A DNA stretch of 64,000 nt from Adineta vaga (lineage: Eukaryota; Animalia; Rotifera): positions 10,850,001 through 10,914,000 of the forward strand of contig CP075492.1 in NCBI GenBank assembly GCA_021613535.1, read 5' to 3'. Position numbers and translations under genes: made by a program. Below are positions 1 through 15,976 of this stretch, in pieces. Within the stretch, counting starts at the first letter, position 1. The number at the start of each line of letters is the position of its first letter. The notes below the pieces were generated by a model, which ran no database searches, was not told where the DNA came from, and was given only the letters and a program-made list of their open reading frames with translations.

Positions 1-1218
1 ACAAATATGACATCATGTTGTGATTGTACTGATAAGTAAGTAGATTAAACTGATAATCATGAAGTTAATATTAGATCGATTCTAAAATTTGATCTGTTTT
101 AGTTGTAATGATCGAATGAAATGTGCTTGCTTTCGTAAAACATTAAGTCAAGCTCAAGTAAATCATGATTCATTAGTAATGGAAAAAGAAAAAAATCGTT
201 ATACACAATCATACATGTTAAAAACAACAGGTTATCAACGAAAACGTTTGTTAAATCCAATATCAAGTGGTATCTATGAATGTAATTCGAAATGTGCATG
301 TCATCGTGAACATTGTTCAAATCGTCTTGCTCAACAAGGTCTGTTTGTACATTTACAATTGTTTAAAGATAAATCGAAAGGTTGGGGTTTACGTACATTA
401 CATGATTTACCTCGTGGAACATTTATTTGTCAATATATTGGAGAATTATTAACATCAGATCAAGGACATGAACGTGCACAAACGATGGATGATAAATATC
501 AAACAAGTCTAGATTTAGTTAGACAAGTTCGATATGAAATCAGTGATGAAGATATGGATGCTGATGATGACGACGATGAACCGTATGTAGTTGATGGAAG
601 TTTGTATAGCAATTTAGGCAAATATTTTAATCATTCATGTGATCCAAATATGTTTATTCAAAATATCTTTATTGAATCCCATGATCTTCATTTTCCAAAT
701 CTTGCTCTATTTACACGAACACATGTCAAAGCTGGTCAAGGTAATCGACACTTTCTATTTCACTTCCTTTTCTATTGACAAAAAAAATCTCATTAAAAAT
801 TCTTAATAGAGTCGTGCTTCTATGACCTTAGTCAAGTATTTGATTACGACAGAACGATATTATTCGATATTTATAACATCATATAGAAATATTTTATTTT
901 CAGTAGTGATTGATGCTTTTTCTATTAGATTTCGTAACACTATCACTCATGTTAGGCAATCAAGTTAATCTGTACAGACATAAAAAAATATTGACATTAT
1001 ACACGTATTTCATGTAAATATCTTCTTCTTCTTCTTCTCTTTCCTTCGATTATTAGATAATAGTAGAAAATAAGTTTGTTAATTACTATAACTTGAATAA
1101 TGACAAAATATATGATTAATATTTAGAATTGACTTGGCATTACAATTGTGAATTATTACCCGATCGTGAAGTAAAATGTTTCTGTGGATCGAAAAATTGT
1201 CGTGGTCGATTGTTGTAA
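1..1218 (+). CDS. SETDB1: SETDB1/eggless-type H3K9 methyltransferase, 3' part (pre-SET, SET, post-SET); 5' end outside window
   Basis: Exons ~1-35, 103-740, 1127-1218. Pre-SET CCDCTD..C.C and IYECNSKCAC...CSNRLAQQG; SET KGWGLR, FICQYIGELL, NLGKYFNHSCDPN, FIESHDLHFP (SETDB1 signature); last exon ELTWHYN...CFCGSKNCRGRLL* post-SET. Confidence 0.9.
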
Positions 1219-2331
1219 CATGAACTTTCTTTGGTCAGATTTCGGAATCTATTAACATATATTGCTGTTTCATAGCATATTTTGTTTTTCTATGTATGAT
1301 TGTTTTTTTGTTTCACTTGTTCTGAATTTAACTATGTATTTTTGATATAAATTCTTTCATATGATCTCTTTTGTTTTAATGATTAGCAGATTTGTCAGAT
1401 CAATGCGTTGATTATATTTTTGAGAAGAAGAAGAAGACGATAAAGAGAAAATGATGATTTCTGTTGATGTCAATGGCCTTCGCGTGTAGAATATATATTC
1501 AGTCGATGAACATTGAGTAAATTGAGCGCATAGAGAAGAACGAGAAAAGTAATCGATGTTACTTCTTAATGGCAGCTTTATTATTTCTTTTTCTTCTTCT
1601 CCTGAAGATGATGATGATGATGATGTAATTTGTGCGAGATTGATTCTTCACATACAACGATTTCATCGATGTCCTACTGCTTCATCAAATTTCACTTGTA
1701 TGTAAATTGTACTTGTCGTCAGGAAGATTATTTGCACGAGAAGAGGAAAATTAGAAGCATTACTATTTTCTCTTCTGACTAAAATAGAAGATAAGAAAGT
1801 AGTGCTGAAAAGATGTTAAGAAATAGAAACTTATATTGTTGGTCAGTTTGCTTTGAGAAAGATAAGCTGTTTTCTGTTAATTAGCATAAAGCATCTGGAG
1901 CTTTCTATTTCTGATTATATGATCACTGTTCGTCTTCTTTCTTTCTTTCTTATCTTGTGGAGAGAGAGAAAAAGAAAAGGTCAATCAGTTTTTGAATCTC
2001 TTCTCTTCACTTGCTCATCTTCATTCCAAATATTGACTTGAGTTGAACAAGACATTTGCTTAATCAAATCATTCGTTATCCAACCATATTCACCGTCAAT
2101 CGTTTTCATTCAAGATAAGAATCATTCAAACCTTTAAACCTGGCGACTCCTTTTCTTTTACAACAACCTCGACAAGATTCAACAAGATTGAACAATAAAA
2201 TTCCCATTCATTCATCGATTGCAATCTTACCCAATGCATCTTTATCTTCATCTCAATCAACTGATGAATCATCAACATCAGCAATACATCCAGCGGATAC
2301 TTCAACAAATACATTACAACTTTTTCGTCGA

Positions 2332-5300
2332 ATGTTATCAATAAGACGATCATCAACGACGAAACCAACAACCTATCATTCGTATAATTTACATGCTTTT
2401 GAACTAACACATGATCATTATTCAATTGTTGTACATTTTCTTGATGATACTGAACGAACTTTTCATGTTGATGTAAGTTGTTATCTAACTTTTAATTTCT
2501 TATTATGTCTTTTTTTAAATTTTTCTAGCGTCGATGTAAAGGAAGTGATTTATTGAATGAAATTTTTGATTATTTGGATTTAGCGAGTGAACGAAAATAT
2601 TTCGGTTTACTTATTGAAGATTTAACACAAGATTTTGCATATCAATGGTTAGATTCAATCAAGCCATTGAAGAAACAATTTAAAACAAATGTAACAACTT
2701 ATCATCTTTATTTTAAAGTTCGATTTTTTCCAACAGATCCAGCAACACAAATCGATGATGAATTTAGTAAATATTTACTTGTATTACAAATTAAAAAGGA
2801 ACTTCTAAGTGGAAAAATTTGGTGTCCAAGAACAGTAGCGATTATATTAGGAAGCTATATTATACAAAGTAAAAAGTATAAAAAATACAGGAAAAACAAA
2901 TAAATTCATTTTTATTTTAGGTGAATTGGGTGATTATGATGATAATGAACATCAATATGGTTATTTAAAAGATTTTCGTTTTGTACCTTTTCAAAATACT
3001 GATTTCGAAAATGAAGTACAACATCATCATGAACAACATAGGTAATTAAGATTTAATTTGATCATGAGGAAAATTGGATTTCCCTGTAAATAGAGGTCAA
3101 TCGCCAGCCGATGCAGAAAATAATTATCTTCGTGTGGCTAGCTCTTTGGATATGTATGGTGTTGAATTGCATAAATCATCTGTAAAAGTAATGAATTGAA
3201 TTATCTCCATATCTTATTTTCTTAATGGATATAATTAGGTGTCGAATATAAATGATGGGATTTATAATTCTCTTATGGAATTATATGTTGGCGTTTCAGC
3301 AAGTGGAATATCTGTCTTTCAAAATTCGACAAGAATTAGCACATTTCTCTGGTAAGAGATAAGGAAAGAGAGCAGTCGAAGAAAACGAGAATGCTTTTTC
3401 TTTCTTGATAGGGATCAAATAACTAAAATATCATTTAAACGTCGCACATTTTACGTTCAACTTGTTAAAAATATCGTAAGTATATAATTTGATACTCAGA
3501 ATGAAATAAAAGGAATATGACGAAGACGTATTTTTTATGTATTTTATCTTCGTCTATGAGAACAGACGAAAACAAGAGTCATTATTCATACATTATATCA
3601 GGTTACTAAAGTACTGAAATATCTCTCTTCAGTACATTGTGTACTTAGTCAGAAAAATCTTTTTATAAACAATGTTTTTATTTTATTTCTTTTTACATAG
3701 GACGTCTCGGATGATAATTCAATCATATTTACATTACGTAATTATCGTTGTTGTAAATATTTATGGAAATCATGTGTTGATCATCATACGTTTTTTCGCT
3801 TATCATCCACACCATCGTCACCAAAAAAATTGTTTCCATTTTCGAATAAACTTCGTCAAAAACATGACGAAACGGATAATCAACCGAAAGCTTCATTTGT
3901 AGAAACAACTGAGAAAAAACAAAAGGCATTCGAAAGGTAAATAAAATGATGATAGTTTTCTAAAAAAGGATGTGACTCTTATCTATTCAGAGTATCAAGC
4001 CGACGAAGTAATCCATCGATAATACCACTCGCTCCTTTGAGTAATAATCTTCCTATAATGAAAAGTTCGAATGTATCGATTCCAAAATTTACTAATGTTG
4101 TGAAGAATTCATCACCACCACCAAAACCTCCTCGACAATTTTGTAAACCATTATTAGTAACTAATGTACTTCTGGAAGCAAATGAATATAAACCAAAAAA
4201 TGCAATACAACCTCGAGAAAGGTAAGAAGAAAATCAACGACCGATTCTAAAGAATATACGTAGGTGGAAGAGAACGGAAAAATTCTTACGCGTCCATATA
4301 GAAATAATTTATACGCTGACAAAGAAAACTATTTCATATTTGGTTAAAGTTTTTCTTCTATGGTGAACAATCTTACAATGTCACTATAATAAATTAGTAG
4401 AATACATACAATATTAATTTCCCTTGAGAAGAAAGAAGAAAACTTGTGAAAACAGTATTTCACAATTCATTTCTATGATTATTTAGTCTTCAAAATCTTC
4501 CAATGATTGATTCATCAATGTTATGTACGACTTTCGATTCAATTCTTATTAAATTAATACCAGATGTTGATGGTCGATATGGTTTTAATGTTAAAGTATT
4601 TGATTTCTTAACACAATTTGAAACATATGGTTCGATTCATTTTTCAGGGTGGAGAAAATGAACAAGCACCAACTGTTGTTTCAAAAGTTGCATACAATAC
4701 ACCAGCAAGTCGAGCATCGATTCATGAAGGTGATATTATATTAGCAATTAATAATATTGATATTCGAAATCATTCATATGAAGAAGTAAATTGAATGTCT
4801 TCGGTTTTCTTTCTCTTCTTAATTGAAAATTATTGTATTTAGATTACCGATATGATTCGACATTCACGTGAACGACCTCGAGGAGAATTAGAATTATTGA
4901 TAAAATCAAATGATGAAAAAAATTTATTAGAAAATTCATTACAAACTTTACGTGATGACTTACGATCAAATCAATTAATTGAGCGATATGAGGTAAATCT
5001 GATCAACTGCAATAAAGTCTATTTGAGTTTATTGATGGAACTTTGGAGATAATTTCATCCATTTTATCAGTCTAATAGAGAGTAAATTTAAAATGAACTT
5101 TGATATTCTATCGATTCTAATTTCGGTAGTAAAATAATTTGTTCTTTACCAATGTTGATCAATGATATTCTGTTTAGGCTCTTCAACGTCGTAAAGACGG
5201 TTTTACGTTCGAAATAAGTAGTCATCAAACAAATATCTATCGTAATCGTTATAAAGATGTTTTACCCTATGATCAAACACGTGTTATTCTGAAAACAGAT

Positions 5301-6187
5301 ACAGAAAATGATTATATCAATGCTAGTTACATCAATGTATGTATAACTTGTTGTGAAATCATTACTGATTCATTGTCTATCTAGATACCAATTATTTCAA
5401 CTGATACTGTCAATCGTTATATTGCCACTCAAGGGCCCTTACCGACTACATGTGAAGCTTTTTGGCGAATGATATGGGAACAACAATGTACATTAATCAT
5501 CATGTTAACAACTCTATTTGAAAAGTAAATGAAAGTTTTTTTTTAATTTTCAATGTTTTATTCCTGAATTATTTTCTATAGTGGACGAATAAAATGTCAT
5601 CAATATTGGCCAAATGTATTAGAAACCATTGATTATGGATTATTCAATATTCGTTGTACTCGTGAACGAAAAGAAAATGATCTTATGTATCGTGAGATGA
5701 TCTTTTTGAATAAGGAAAGTCATGAAGAGAGAATTGTTTATCAAATTCAAAATGAAATCTGGCCTGATCATGGTGTTCCTACTGATTATGCATCCTTCGT
5801 TGATTTTGTCTTGGAAATTCGTGAATTAAGAAAAGCAAATAAACATCTACCGATTCCTTGTACATTGCAGGTTAGAAAATCGTTTCATTGCGAAAATATT
5901 TATCATCTAATTTTCGTTTCTTTAGTGCGGGAATTGGTAGAACAGGTGTATTGATTCTTATGGAGACGGCTTTATGTCTTATGGAAAATAAACAGCCTGT
6001 TTTTCCATTAAATATCGTCCGACAAATGCGTGAACAACGTTTAGGAATGATACAAACAGCTGTAAGCTTCTCTATTCATTTGATGATAATGATTATTTCA
6101 TTTCAATTTTAGAGTCAATATCAATTTGCATGTGAAGCTATTCTTTATGCAAATGCTCATGGATTGATCGAAAATGATAGCAATTGA
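2332..6187 (+). CDS. FERM-PDZ-PTP non-receptor tyrosine phosphatase (PTPN3/PTPN4/PTP-Meg-like); apparent 1-nt frameshift at ~5856
   Basis: FERM ([40 protein letters not shown]), PDZ ([10 protein letters not shown]), PTP ([58 protein letters not shown]). About 20 exons with canonical junctions. Confidence 0.88.
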
Positions 6188-6478
6188 TCAAAACGTTTTC
6201 GAAACATATATTTTTGTCAGATAAATTTTGTTCATCAACAGTTCAACATGTATTTAAGCTAAACAGAATTTCGAAAGAAAACGATTGATTTGTGTTTTTT
6301 GTTTTTTTTTAATGTTTGTTTTCTTTTTGTAATTGAATTATGAATATTTGTTTTTTTTAATTGATAAGATAGAATAATGATTTTGATCAACAGACTTAAT
6401 CAGGATGAACAATACTCCATTGCAATGATTTTTTTTAGATGTGAGCATGATCTTTATCTTGCTCACTTGTAGTAATTC

Positions 6479-7372
6479 ATGTCTATTTATTTGAATTATT
6501 TTACACGGTCTACTACCGGTTCGATTAAATCTTCCGGTTCGTCATTTTCATGTTATTGTAATGTTCATCGACGATTTTATTCAGAGAAGAAATCATCAAC
6601 CAGTCATTATGATGCTCTAGGAGTTAATGCTAATGCTTCAACCAAAGAAATTAAATCAGCTTTTTATAAACTATCAAAAAAACATCATCCCGATGTCAAT
6701 CCAAACGATACCAATGCTTCACATACATTTAGTACAATATCCAATGCTTATGATATCTTAGGTGATCCTGTTAAACGACGAGAATATGATGCTGAATTAT
6801 CCTCTCGAACTTCGACTTCATATTCATCTGTTACTTATGATAGAAGTAGTACATATGCTCAAAGAGCTCGTGCACATCGTCCATCAGCATGGAAACCACC
6901 TCCGTCATCGAAAAGTTCAAGTAGTGGTTTTCCAGGAGCTGATAATGCTTTTGGAAATAGTCGAAATACAAGTTATGGAACATTTGACAAAGATTATTAC
7001 GATGCAGCATTTGGTCGATATCGTGGTCCTTTACCGAAAGGACAATCGAATATTTATGATTTTGATGAATTTTATCGTTCACATTATACTGATTTTACCA
7101 ACTGGAGTACGATACGAAAAGAAGCAAAAGCAAAAATGCAACGTGAACAACAAGAACAGGAAACAAGACGTCAACAAAAAGCAAATCGTAGTATGGCATC
7201 GAGATTTTCGGTCGTCGGTCTTTGGTTATGTGGTGGATTTGTTTTTATGTTTGTTGTCAGTATTCTACATGATATGCAGTTTCAACAACCAACAGATGAA
7301 CTTCGTTCAAAATTTTACATCATTTCTAAATCATCGACAAAAAAATCACAAGAATCATCAACTAAATCTTAG
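6479..7372 (+). CDS. Mitochondrial-type J-domain protein with C-terminal TM (DNAJC30-like), intronless
   Basis: Ser/Arg-rich presequence, J-domain HYDALGV..EIKSAFYKLSKKHHPD..AYDILGD..KRREYD, YDFDEFYRSHY motif, C-terminal hydrophobic helix. Confidence 0.8.
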   Translation: MSIYLNYFTRSTTGSIKSSGSSFSCYCNVHRRFYSEKKSSTSHYDALGVNANASTKEIKSAFYKLSKKHHPDVNPNDTNASHTFSTISNAYDILGDPVKRREYDAELSSRTSTSYSSVTYDRSSTYAQRARAHRPSAWKPPPSSKSSSSGFPGADNAFGNSRNTSYGTFDKDYYDAAFGRYRGPLPKGQSNIYDFDEFYRSHYTDFTNWSTIRKEAKAKMQREQQEQETRRQQKANRSMASRFSVVGLWLCGGFVFMFVVSILHDMQFQQPTDELRSKFYIISKSSTKKSQESSTKS

Positions 7373-7664
7373 GCGTTTGTTTTCTTTTTTTCTGTGTTGA
7401 ATTACTTCAAGTTGTAACTTATTTTTGTACTTACTAAAAAATATACAAGCTACCTTAGTTTCTCATGTTTCTTTCCTTTACTATATGATAAACTATAGTA
7501 GAGTTCGAATCAAGATAGATAAGATCAATTCAAATACAAATTTTTCTAATGATAACGTAATTTGAACTGATACAAACAAGACTGTGTTCTTAGTTGCAGT
7601 GATTTTTCGAATTATTCACGTAAAGTCATTACTAATCTTTATGATCACTAATTTTAGATCAATT

Positions 7665-8246
7665 ATGATAAAATCGAATAAAATTCAAAGTATACCGTAT
7701 ACTCTCGAAGAATTACGACCAATCCGAACATCTGTCGATCAATGTCGAACTCATCTAGTCAAATTTATCGAACAATATAAATCAATTGATTTATTAGAAC
7801 TTGAAACTCGTCTCTTAAGTCGTTGTGTATACAAAAATTGGAATGCTCGTCGTGCTGAACTTGGTATACAAGCAAGTCGACGAACTGTTCGTTTCTTAGA
7901 ACGATTCCTCTCAAAACGTGAACAACATCTCGAACAAATACTAACTGAATTTAAATTAGATGCAGTTCACATTTGTTTGCCATCACGTGGTACATTGAAT
8001 CAAGTATTAACGAGTGTAGAAGAATCATCGTTATTATTGTCAAAAGTACAACATTTATCAAAAACAACTGTTGATCGATTAAGACTTGAATGTAGTCGAG
8101 GAAACTATGTTCATTACAATATTTTAATTATGTCACTTTGTTCTAGAATTCATTTTTTGGTTTTAGCACTTGAGAAAGCTCAAAGAGAGTTTTGTATCAA
8201 TGTTAAAAATTTAATTAAAATATTTAAAAAGAAAACTAAAGAATAA
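7665..8246 (+). CDS. NEPRO/RMP64 (DUF4477)-like N-terminal-domain protein, intronless
   Basis: Open frame 7584-8246; ATG at 7641 or 7665 (acceptor ttttag ends 7657). Motifs LELETRLLSRCVYKNWN..R and ILIMSLCSRIHFL resemble the NEPRO/Rmp1-type helical domain (from memory). Confidence 0.55.
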   Translation: MIKSNKIQSIPYTLEELRPIRTSVDQCRTHLVKFIEQYKSIDLLELETRLLSRCVYKNWNARRAELGIQASRRTVRFLERFLSKREQHLEQILTEFKLDAVHICLPSRGTLNQVLTSVEESSLLLSKVQHLSKTTVDRLRLECSRGNYVHYNILIMSLCSRIHFLVLALEKAQREFCINVKNLIKIFKKKTKE

Positions 8247-8269
8247 CAATTGAATTATTTATATTTCAG

Positions 8270-10219
<1,950 letters not shown>

Positions 10220-13200
10220 AATATGGATCACACTTTTCAAACAATAGTCTTCTTCTCTTCACCATGCAACAGCATTACATTTCTGTAGCTAAAAGTTACT
10301 TCCGTTTTCTCATAATTGCCTTCGCATATTAATTTGATTCCATATTTTTGGTTAATTTTATTTAAGAAGAAAACAAATATAGTTAGTATACATGATATAA
10401 ACTCATGAAATGTATTCTAGACACACCCAAGTTATTGAATTCTTTTTCCTAGAAAAACGCAAACCGTCAAATATTTAGAACAAAGTAAACTAAAAATAAC
10501 TCGCTATTTGCTTTTCTCATTAAATTTATCTCAAATAGTCGTGTGCCAAAATAGGACAAAATAAACAAAAGAGAGAACATTAACTGAAGTGCAATCGAAA
10601 CCGAACTAATGCTTTAGACATTCTGTGTCTACAACATTGAATCTAATGGTTATTATAGGAGAGAAAAACGTGACTTCGTATCTTTTGTTTACTTTTGTAA
10701 AATCGAAATACGACAGCTAAAATAACAAGACTAACATGACTGTGATCGTTTTACCCATCATGTGCTTTCGAATTAACCAACATTATGGAAATGAATGTCA
10801 ATCGTACAGATACATAATTATACGCCTACAATTTTTATGATTCTGTTTTGGCAAAAATCTTCTCTATTCATTTCTCAATAAAGTTTATTGTATTTCTGAT
10901 CTGCATAAAAAAAACATAATATTATAGAACATGAAAAACTATATCGAATATCTTTCATCACAATCATATACTTTCATAATACAAATAATGTTATCTCATT
11001 CGATTCTCTAATAACATATCCGTATGGTCTAGTATTAACAGGAGTCATCGTATTACTAATGGAAAAATGTTCCAAATCGCTTGTTGAGCTTATATTTTAT
11101 TCATCGTATACAAATATTGGTGATACTGTTATATGTAAACTTCTCTGATGTTATAAATGGGTAATATTATTACATGTCATTATTGCTATTAGATTCTCGG
11201 TTTAGTATTTAGTCGAGTTAAATTCCGTGTCAAACAATAAGGCACGGAAATGACAGATTCATCATCTTGGAATATGGTGTTTATCAAAATGTTTTATCTG
11301 AATAAATTTAATATGCTCTCATTGCACTTAATCATAGATATCGTATTTTTTACGCTGTTCTTTAATCAAATAATAAATTTTGTTTAAACTATCGCATTAT
11401 AATACAAATTGATGTTTTATTCTTGATTAAAGACAAGAACCATAAAGAATTGTATGAAATAAACAAGAAAAACAATTTTATTCTATTAGAGCTAAAATGC
11501 ACTGAGACATGGTTTAATCTCTAAATTGAATTATACTATACGATTGGAACATTATTCTAGAGCTTCTTCGAACTAAAACCATCCTTTTCAGGCTATTTAA
11601 GTCATAAAAGGTCAATAGTTTCGCGTGGTTCAACCTTAATGGCAAGTTACTCTTGCGTTGTATTTGACTTCTTAATATCAGGTTGAATGGATAAACGCGC
11701 TCAGTTATTATTGGTCATTTTGCTAAAAAAAATAGGAATAAAAGTGAACATAATTACTAATACATCATCGACTATGTATTCATTTCATCAACATTCACTT
11801 TAGTTTCTCATCTATTTGTCGATTCTTAGATTTGTTGTTTCATTTACTTTACAATTTAATTTGTACTCTAAGCGATCCATATAGGATTGCTTTATTTAAG
11901 AAAGAAATCAAATTAATATTCGTATATATGTCGTTCGCTTTTTTCTATAAATGGTTTAATTTCATTAAAATTAATTACTTAATAACATCCTTAGATGTTC
12001 ATCGATGGTTAACTGAAGTTTCGCTAGCTCTATTTATTTCTTATAGTTATTTTATTAGTTATGGTAGCAATCTTTCCGATGAATATAAATCTTATCATAT
12101 TTAGATATTTATGTCCAAAGTTCTCCTATTTTTCATGCTGTGTAACGCCGAAAGTCGATCCGATTGTTTACTCAATGAGTTGAAAAGAATTTTTTTCGCA
12201 TAGTATGTAAATCATATTCAGAATAGAACACGACTGCAATAAACACATTATTTCAACTTAGTTATATGATTGCCTCTAGATAACTTAAAATAAATTCATA
12301 ATCACATTGATCTGATCAACAAACATTTCATCCTTACACAATATTTTCAAGAAAAATTTCGTTCATATGTAATCAGCTGTGATAATTGGTAAATATTTAG
12401 TATTAGAAACATTTTAAATTCGTTCATTCATTGGCAGGGAACCTAGTATTAAGATTGAGAAGAATTACCTCATCATTCATGTATGACACATGAAACACGG
12501 TAATACAAGTTTGAACAAAAGAAAGAGTTTTAATCAGTTAACTTTTGATTCAACTCGTTCATTGAATTTGACTATTCCTATTGTCTAAATGAAAGAATAC
12601 TTGCTCTTTACTTTAGTATATATTATATGTTATTATTTCAATAGCGATATCATTAATATTATTCGTATTTATTTAGTTTTATGTAAACATTTGAAAAAAA
12701 GTTCACATCGAATTCTACTTAATGAATTGACAATTGCGGTGAGTATGAATATGATATAATTCGGAACGACTGAAGACTTCCATATCGGACTTATATGTGT
12801 CTTATTAAATGATTTAAAATCAAACTAAATTGAGAGTACGCATTTTGAAAGATATTTATGTCAGCAGCTGTTCTTCTTCTAATCGGATTTGAATTAGATT
12901 AGTTCGTGAGAAACTAATTAGTAATATACGTTACATAACAAATTCAATCTGTCATTTCTAAATGGTACTCTTATATTCAAACGATAAAATCTATTCTGTA
13001 CGGAATAGTTAATGCTCTTTTCAAATGAATAATTGAACTTTACTATCTTTTATATGAGAAAATAGTAATTTAGTTAAAGTTCTTCTTGCACTAGACTCTA
13101 TGACCGAAATGTTAAATGCAAATATCAATGAGATATAATTTCAATCGCTGAAAATGACGTCCATTCTTTTACAGTTATATTAGAATATTCATTTAGTTAT

Positions 13201-15976
13201 TTACTTTGAAATAGACAGAAAAACTAACAAACATAAGATATAACTCGAAATATTAGAGTGTCATTATAGAAATACAATGTTCTTCTGGAACGTATCGAAA
13301 TGTTTGTACAGATGTTATGTGAATGGCAAGCAATTGTATACATATATGACAAACATCGCATAAAGGAAGCCCGTCAATGATTATACAAATACTTGTAAGA
13401 AGACAAAAAAAAAGATGACAATATACAATATGTAGTAGTAGTGACACTACTATAAGAACCAACGATGACTAAAGTCTCATGAAATGTACACTCTAAATGA
13501 CTCAGTTTGTTTGATGAAATTCTCATCAAGATCGATCGTCTTCGATTCTACTGTTCTTTTCTAAAAAAAATGAAAATGTCAAATATTGAGCACATACTGA
13601 ATTAAAGAAGTGTAGGTTTTTTATTATTCAAATCAGTTGTACTAAAAATGAGACGAGAACTGAAAAAAAACGTTCATAACTATATAGATTTCTTAGAAGA
13701 AAAATTGAGAGCCAAATAATACTTTTTGTCAACCTACTTGTTTTTTCTTTATTTTGTTGTTCGATTAGAATAAATCCTATTTCCGTTAATTTTTTTCTAA
13801 ACAAAAGATTAACTTCTGTAGTTCTATCATCTGATATGATTTTCTTAATTATCACGCAAACAATGAATATTTTTAATTGTAAGAGAATGTTTATTGTATC
13901 GACAAAAGATTAGATGACATTCTGCACGACTTCGTCAGTGATGACGATTATTATTATTATTATTATTTAGTGGATGTCAAATAATTTGATTAGAATGTAA
14001 TAACTTGAGACTTAATCTTTATCGTATTAAAAACTAATCAAAAAAGACGAACTATGAGAAGAAAAGAATGAGTGAACATTGACTAAAATAGATTGGAGTA
14101 TTCATTCGTGCCTCTAAGGATCAAACTCAATCATAATTGATCTGAACTGATGTTCTTATATAAGCACATGTATGTCAACAAATAAACAAATAGAAAGAGC
14201 TAAAAAAAGAAATTTTACTCATCTAAATGTAAAACTATGTCTATAAATAGATTTGGAATAGTTATAGTTTCAACAAGTTAATATTTATAATCAGTATTCT
14301 GAACACGTTCATGTTAAGTATTATATTATATATATATATCAAGACAGAACAAATGTTCATACATATCTAATGCTTTCTTGTACAAATTCTTTAATTTAAT
14401 GAAGAGATTATCATTGTATTATAACAATCCTTGATTATATATATATATATATAAATATACATACATACGTCTAAACAAGGCTTCACATATGATTTTAATA
14501 AAAAAAAATATATGGATAGAGAGAAAATTATAATTATGAATTCTATAATTTCACTGACTTCTTTTTCATTGCTATTTGGTGTTTCTCGTGTCGACACTTT
14601 CTTTCTTCTTTCTTCTTTCTTTGTTTTTTAGTTGACAATTTTCGCCTGAATCAAGCTTGTCTTATTACTTTATTCACAGCATTCCTCTAGTTCTCTCTTC
14701 TCTTCTTTTCCCTTCTTTTCTGTTTTGACTCCTTCTGTGTATGCCGTTTTTTCTTCAACACTAAAGACAACATTCTATTTCCCAACAGACCATCTAGTTT
14801 AACAAGATTTCAATGAAAAATCTAATGAATTAGTAGCAGATATTCTTTCCAAAATCAAATACAATCGATTCATATTATATTTGCGAACAACTCACATCTA
14901 TTCGTTTGATTACATATACTTATACAAATAATCATGATACTCTACGGTATTGACAGCTTATATAATAGTATCGGTAAGTGTCATAAAGAAAACAATTGAC
15001 ACATCGATTTATCAGTTGTTTAATTTGTTCGATAAGTTCTTATATGTATATATATGATATTAGTTGATGAGAAAACATTTTCAATAATAACTTTTCTTCA
15101 ATTTACACCCATGAGTTAAAGCATATATCTGTAAAACTCATTTGTTTTATTCGACATTGAATCACAGTGCGATTCCGAATGCTTCAGTCAACACATTAAA
15201 TTGTTCTAACCTGTATAATTAACAATCAACTAGAAGTCTATTTTTGTCTATTTCAATGCAACTTTCAGCTAATAAATAATTTATAATCGAACAGAAAGAA
15301 AAGGAAATCAAACTTCTGACATTACTTTGCAAATGAACTGATAAAAATAGTTTGTCTCGAACATTAGTCTAATGTTAACTATCAACGAATGATCAATCAT
15401 TTATGTTGATATATATGGATAGGCATGTTTCATCTTTTATCTCTTTGTTGTATTGCGCTTAGTTGTTGACTATTTTTCTTTCTTAAAAAAAAAAGAGTCG
15501 TTATTTAATCAAATAATTCGATTTTCATATATTTTTTATTAAAAAAGTAGACACTTCATCATTCTTTTATTCTTCCGATTTTCAAATAAATAAATAAATC
15601 AGAAAAGAAGAAAGAAAGAAAGAGAGAGAGAGAGAAAATCTATACAGACAAAGAGTCGCATAGAATAATCATCTTTATATTACTTTTTCTCTTTCTCTCT
15701 TCACTATTAAGTGTTAGTATAGTTATAACAATCAGTAAATAATCTTGATGAGAATATTTCGATAGAATTCTATTCAAATCCAGTGCATGTTTTGGTTTTT
15801 TAAGAACCTGGAAGAGAAGATTATTCTTTTCTTATTCAATGATCTCATTCATTTACTGATATATGCATATGATTTACTTAGAAATGTTCAATATGAATAG
15901 AAAAAAAGTATTTCTATTATTTATTTATTTATTTATTATAGTGTAAGAAAAAAAAAAGATTCGTCATTATTCCATA

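Noticed and set aside
1540-1760. Coding-like segment between SETDB1 and the PTP gene
   Set aside because: Only very short frames driven by (GAT)n and (GAA)n repeats.
6762-7400. 212-aa overlapping ORF in another frame of the DnaJ gene
   Set aside because: No motifs; composition typical of an off-frame shadow of AT-rich coding DNA. The same applies to 35166-35600 and most short ORF-track entries.
10536-10560. tagtcgtgtgccaaaatagg resembling a Tc1/mariner TIR start
   Set aside because: No matching inverted copy or transposase found.
10220-15900. Short ORFs in the long AADAT-GPCR interval
   Set aside because: Low-complexity hydrophobic translations with no splice-consistent model; likely regulatory DNA and 5'UTR exons of the GPCR.
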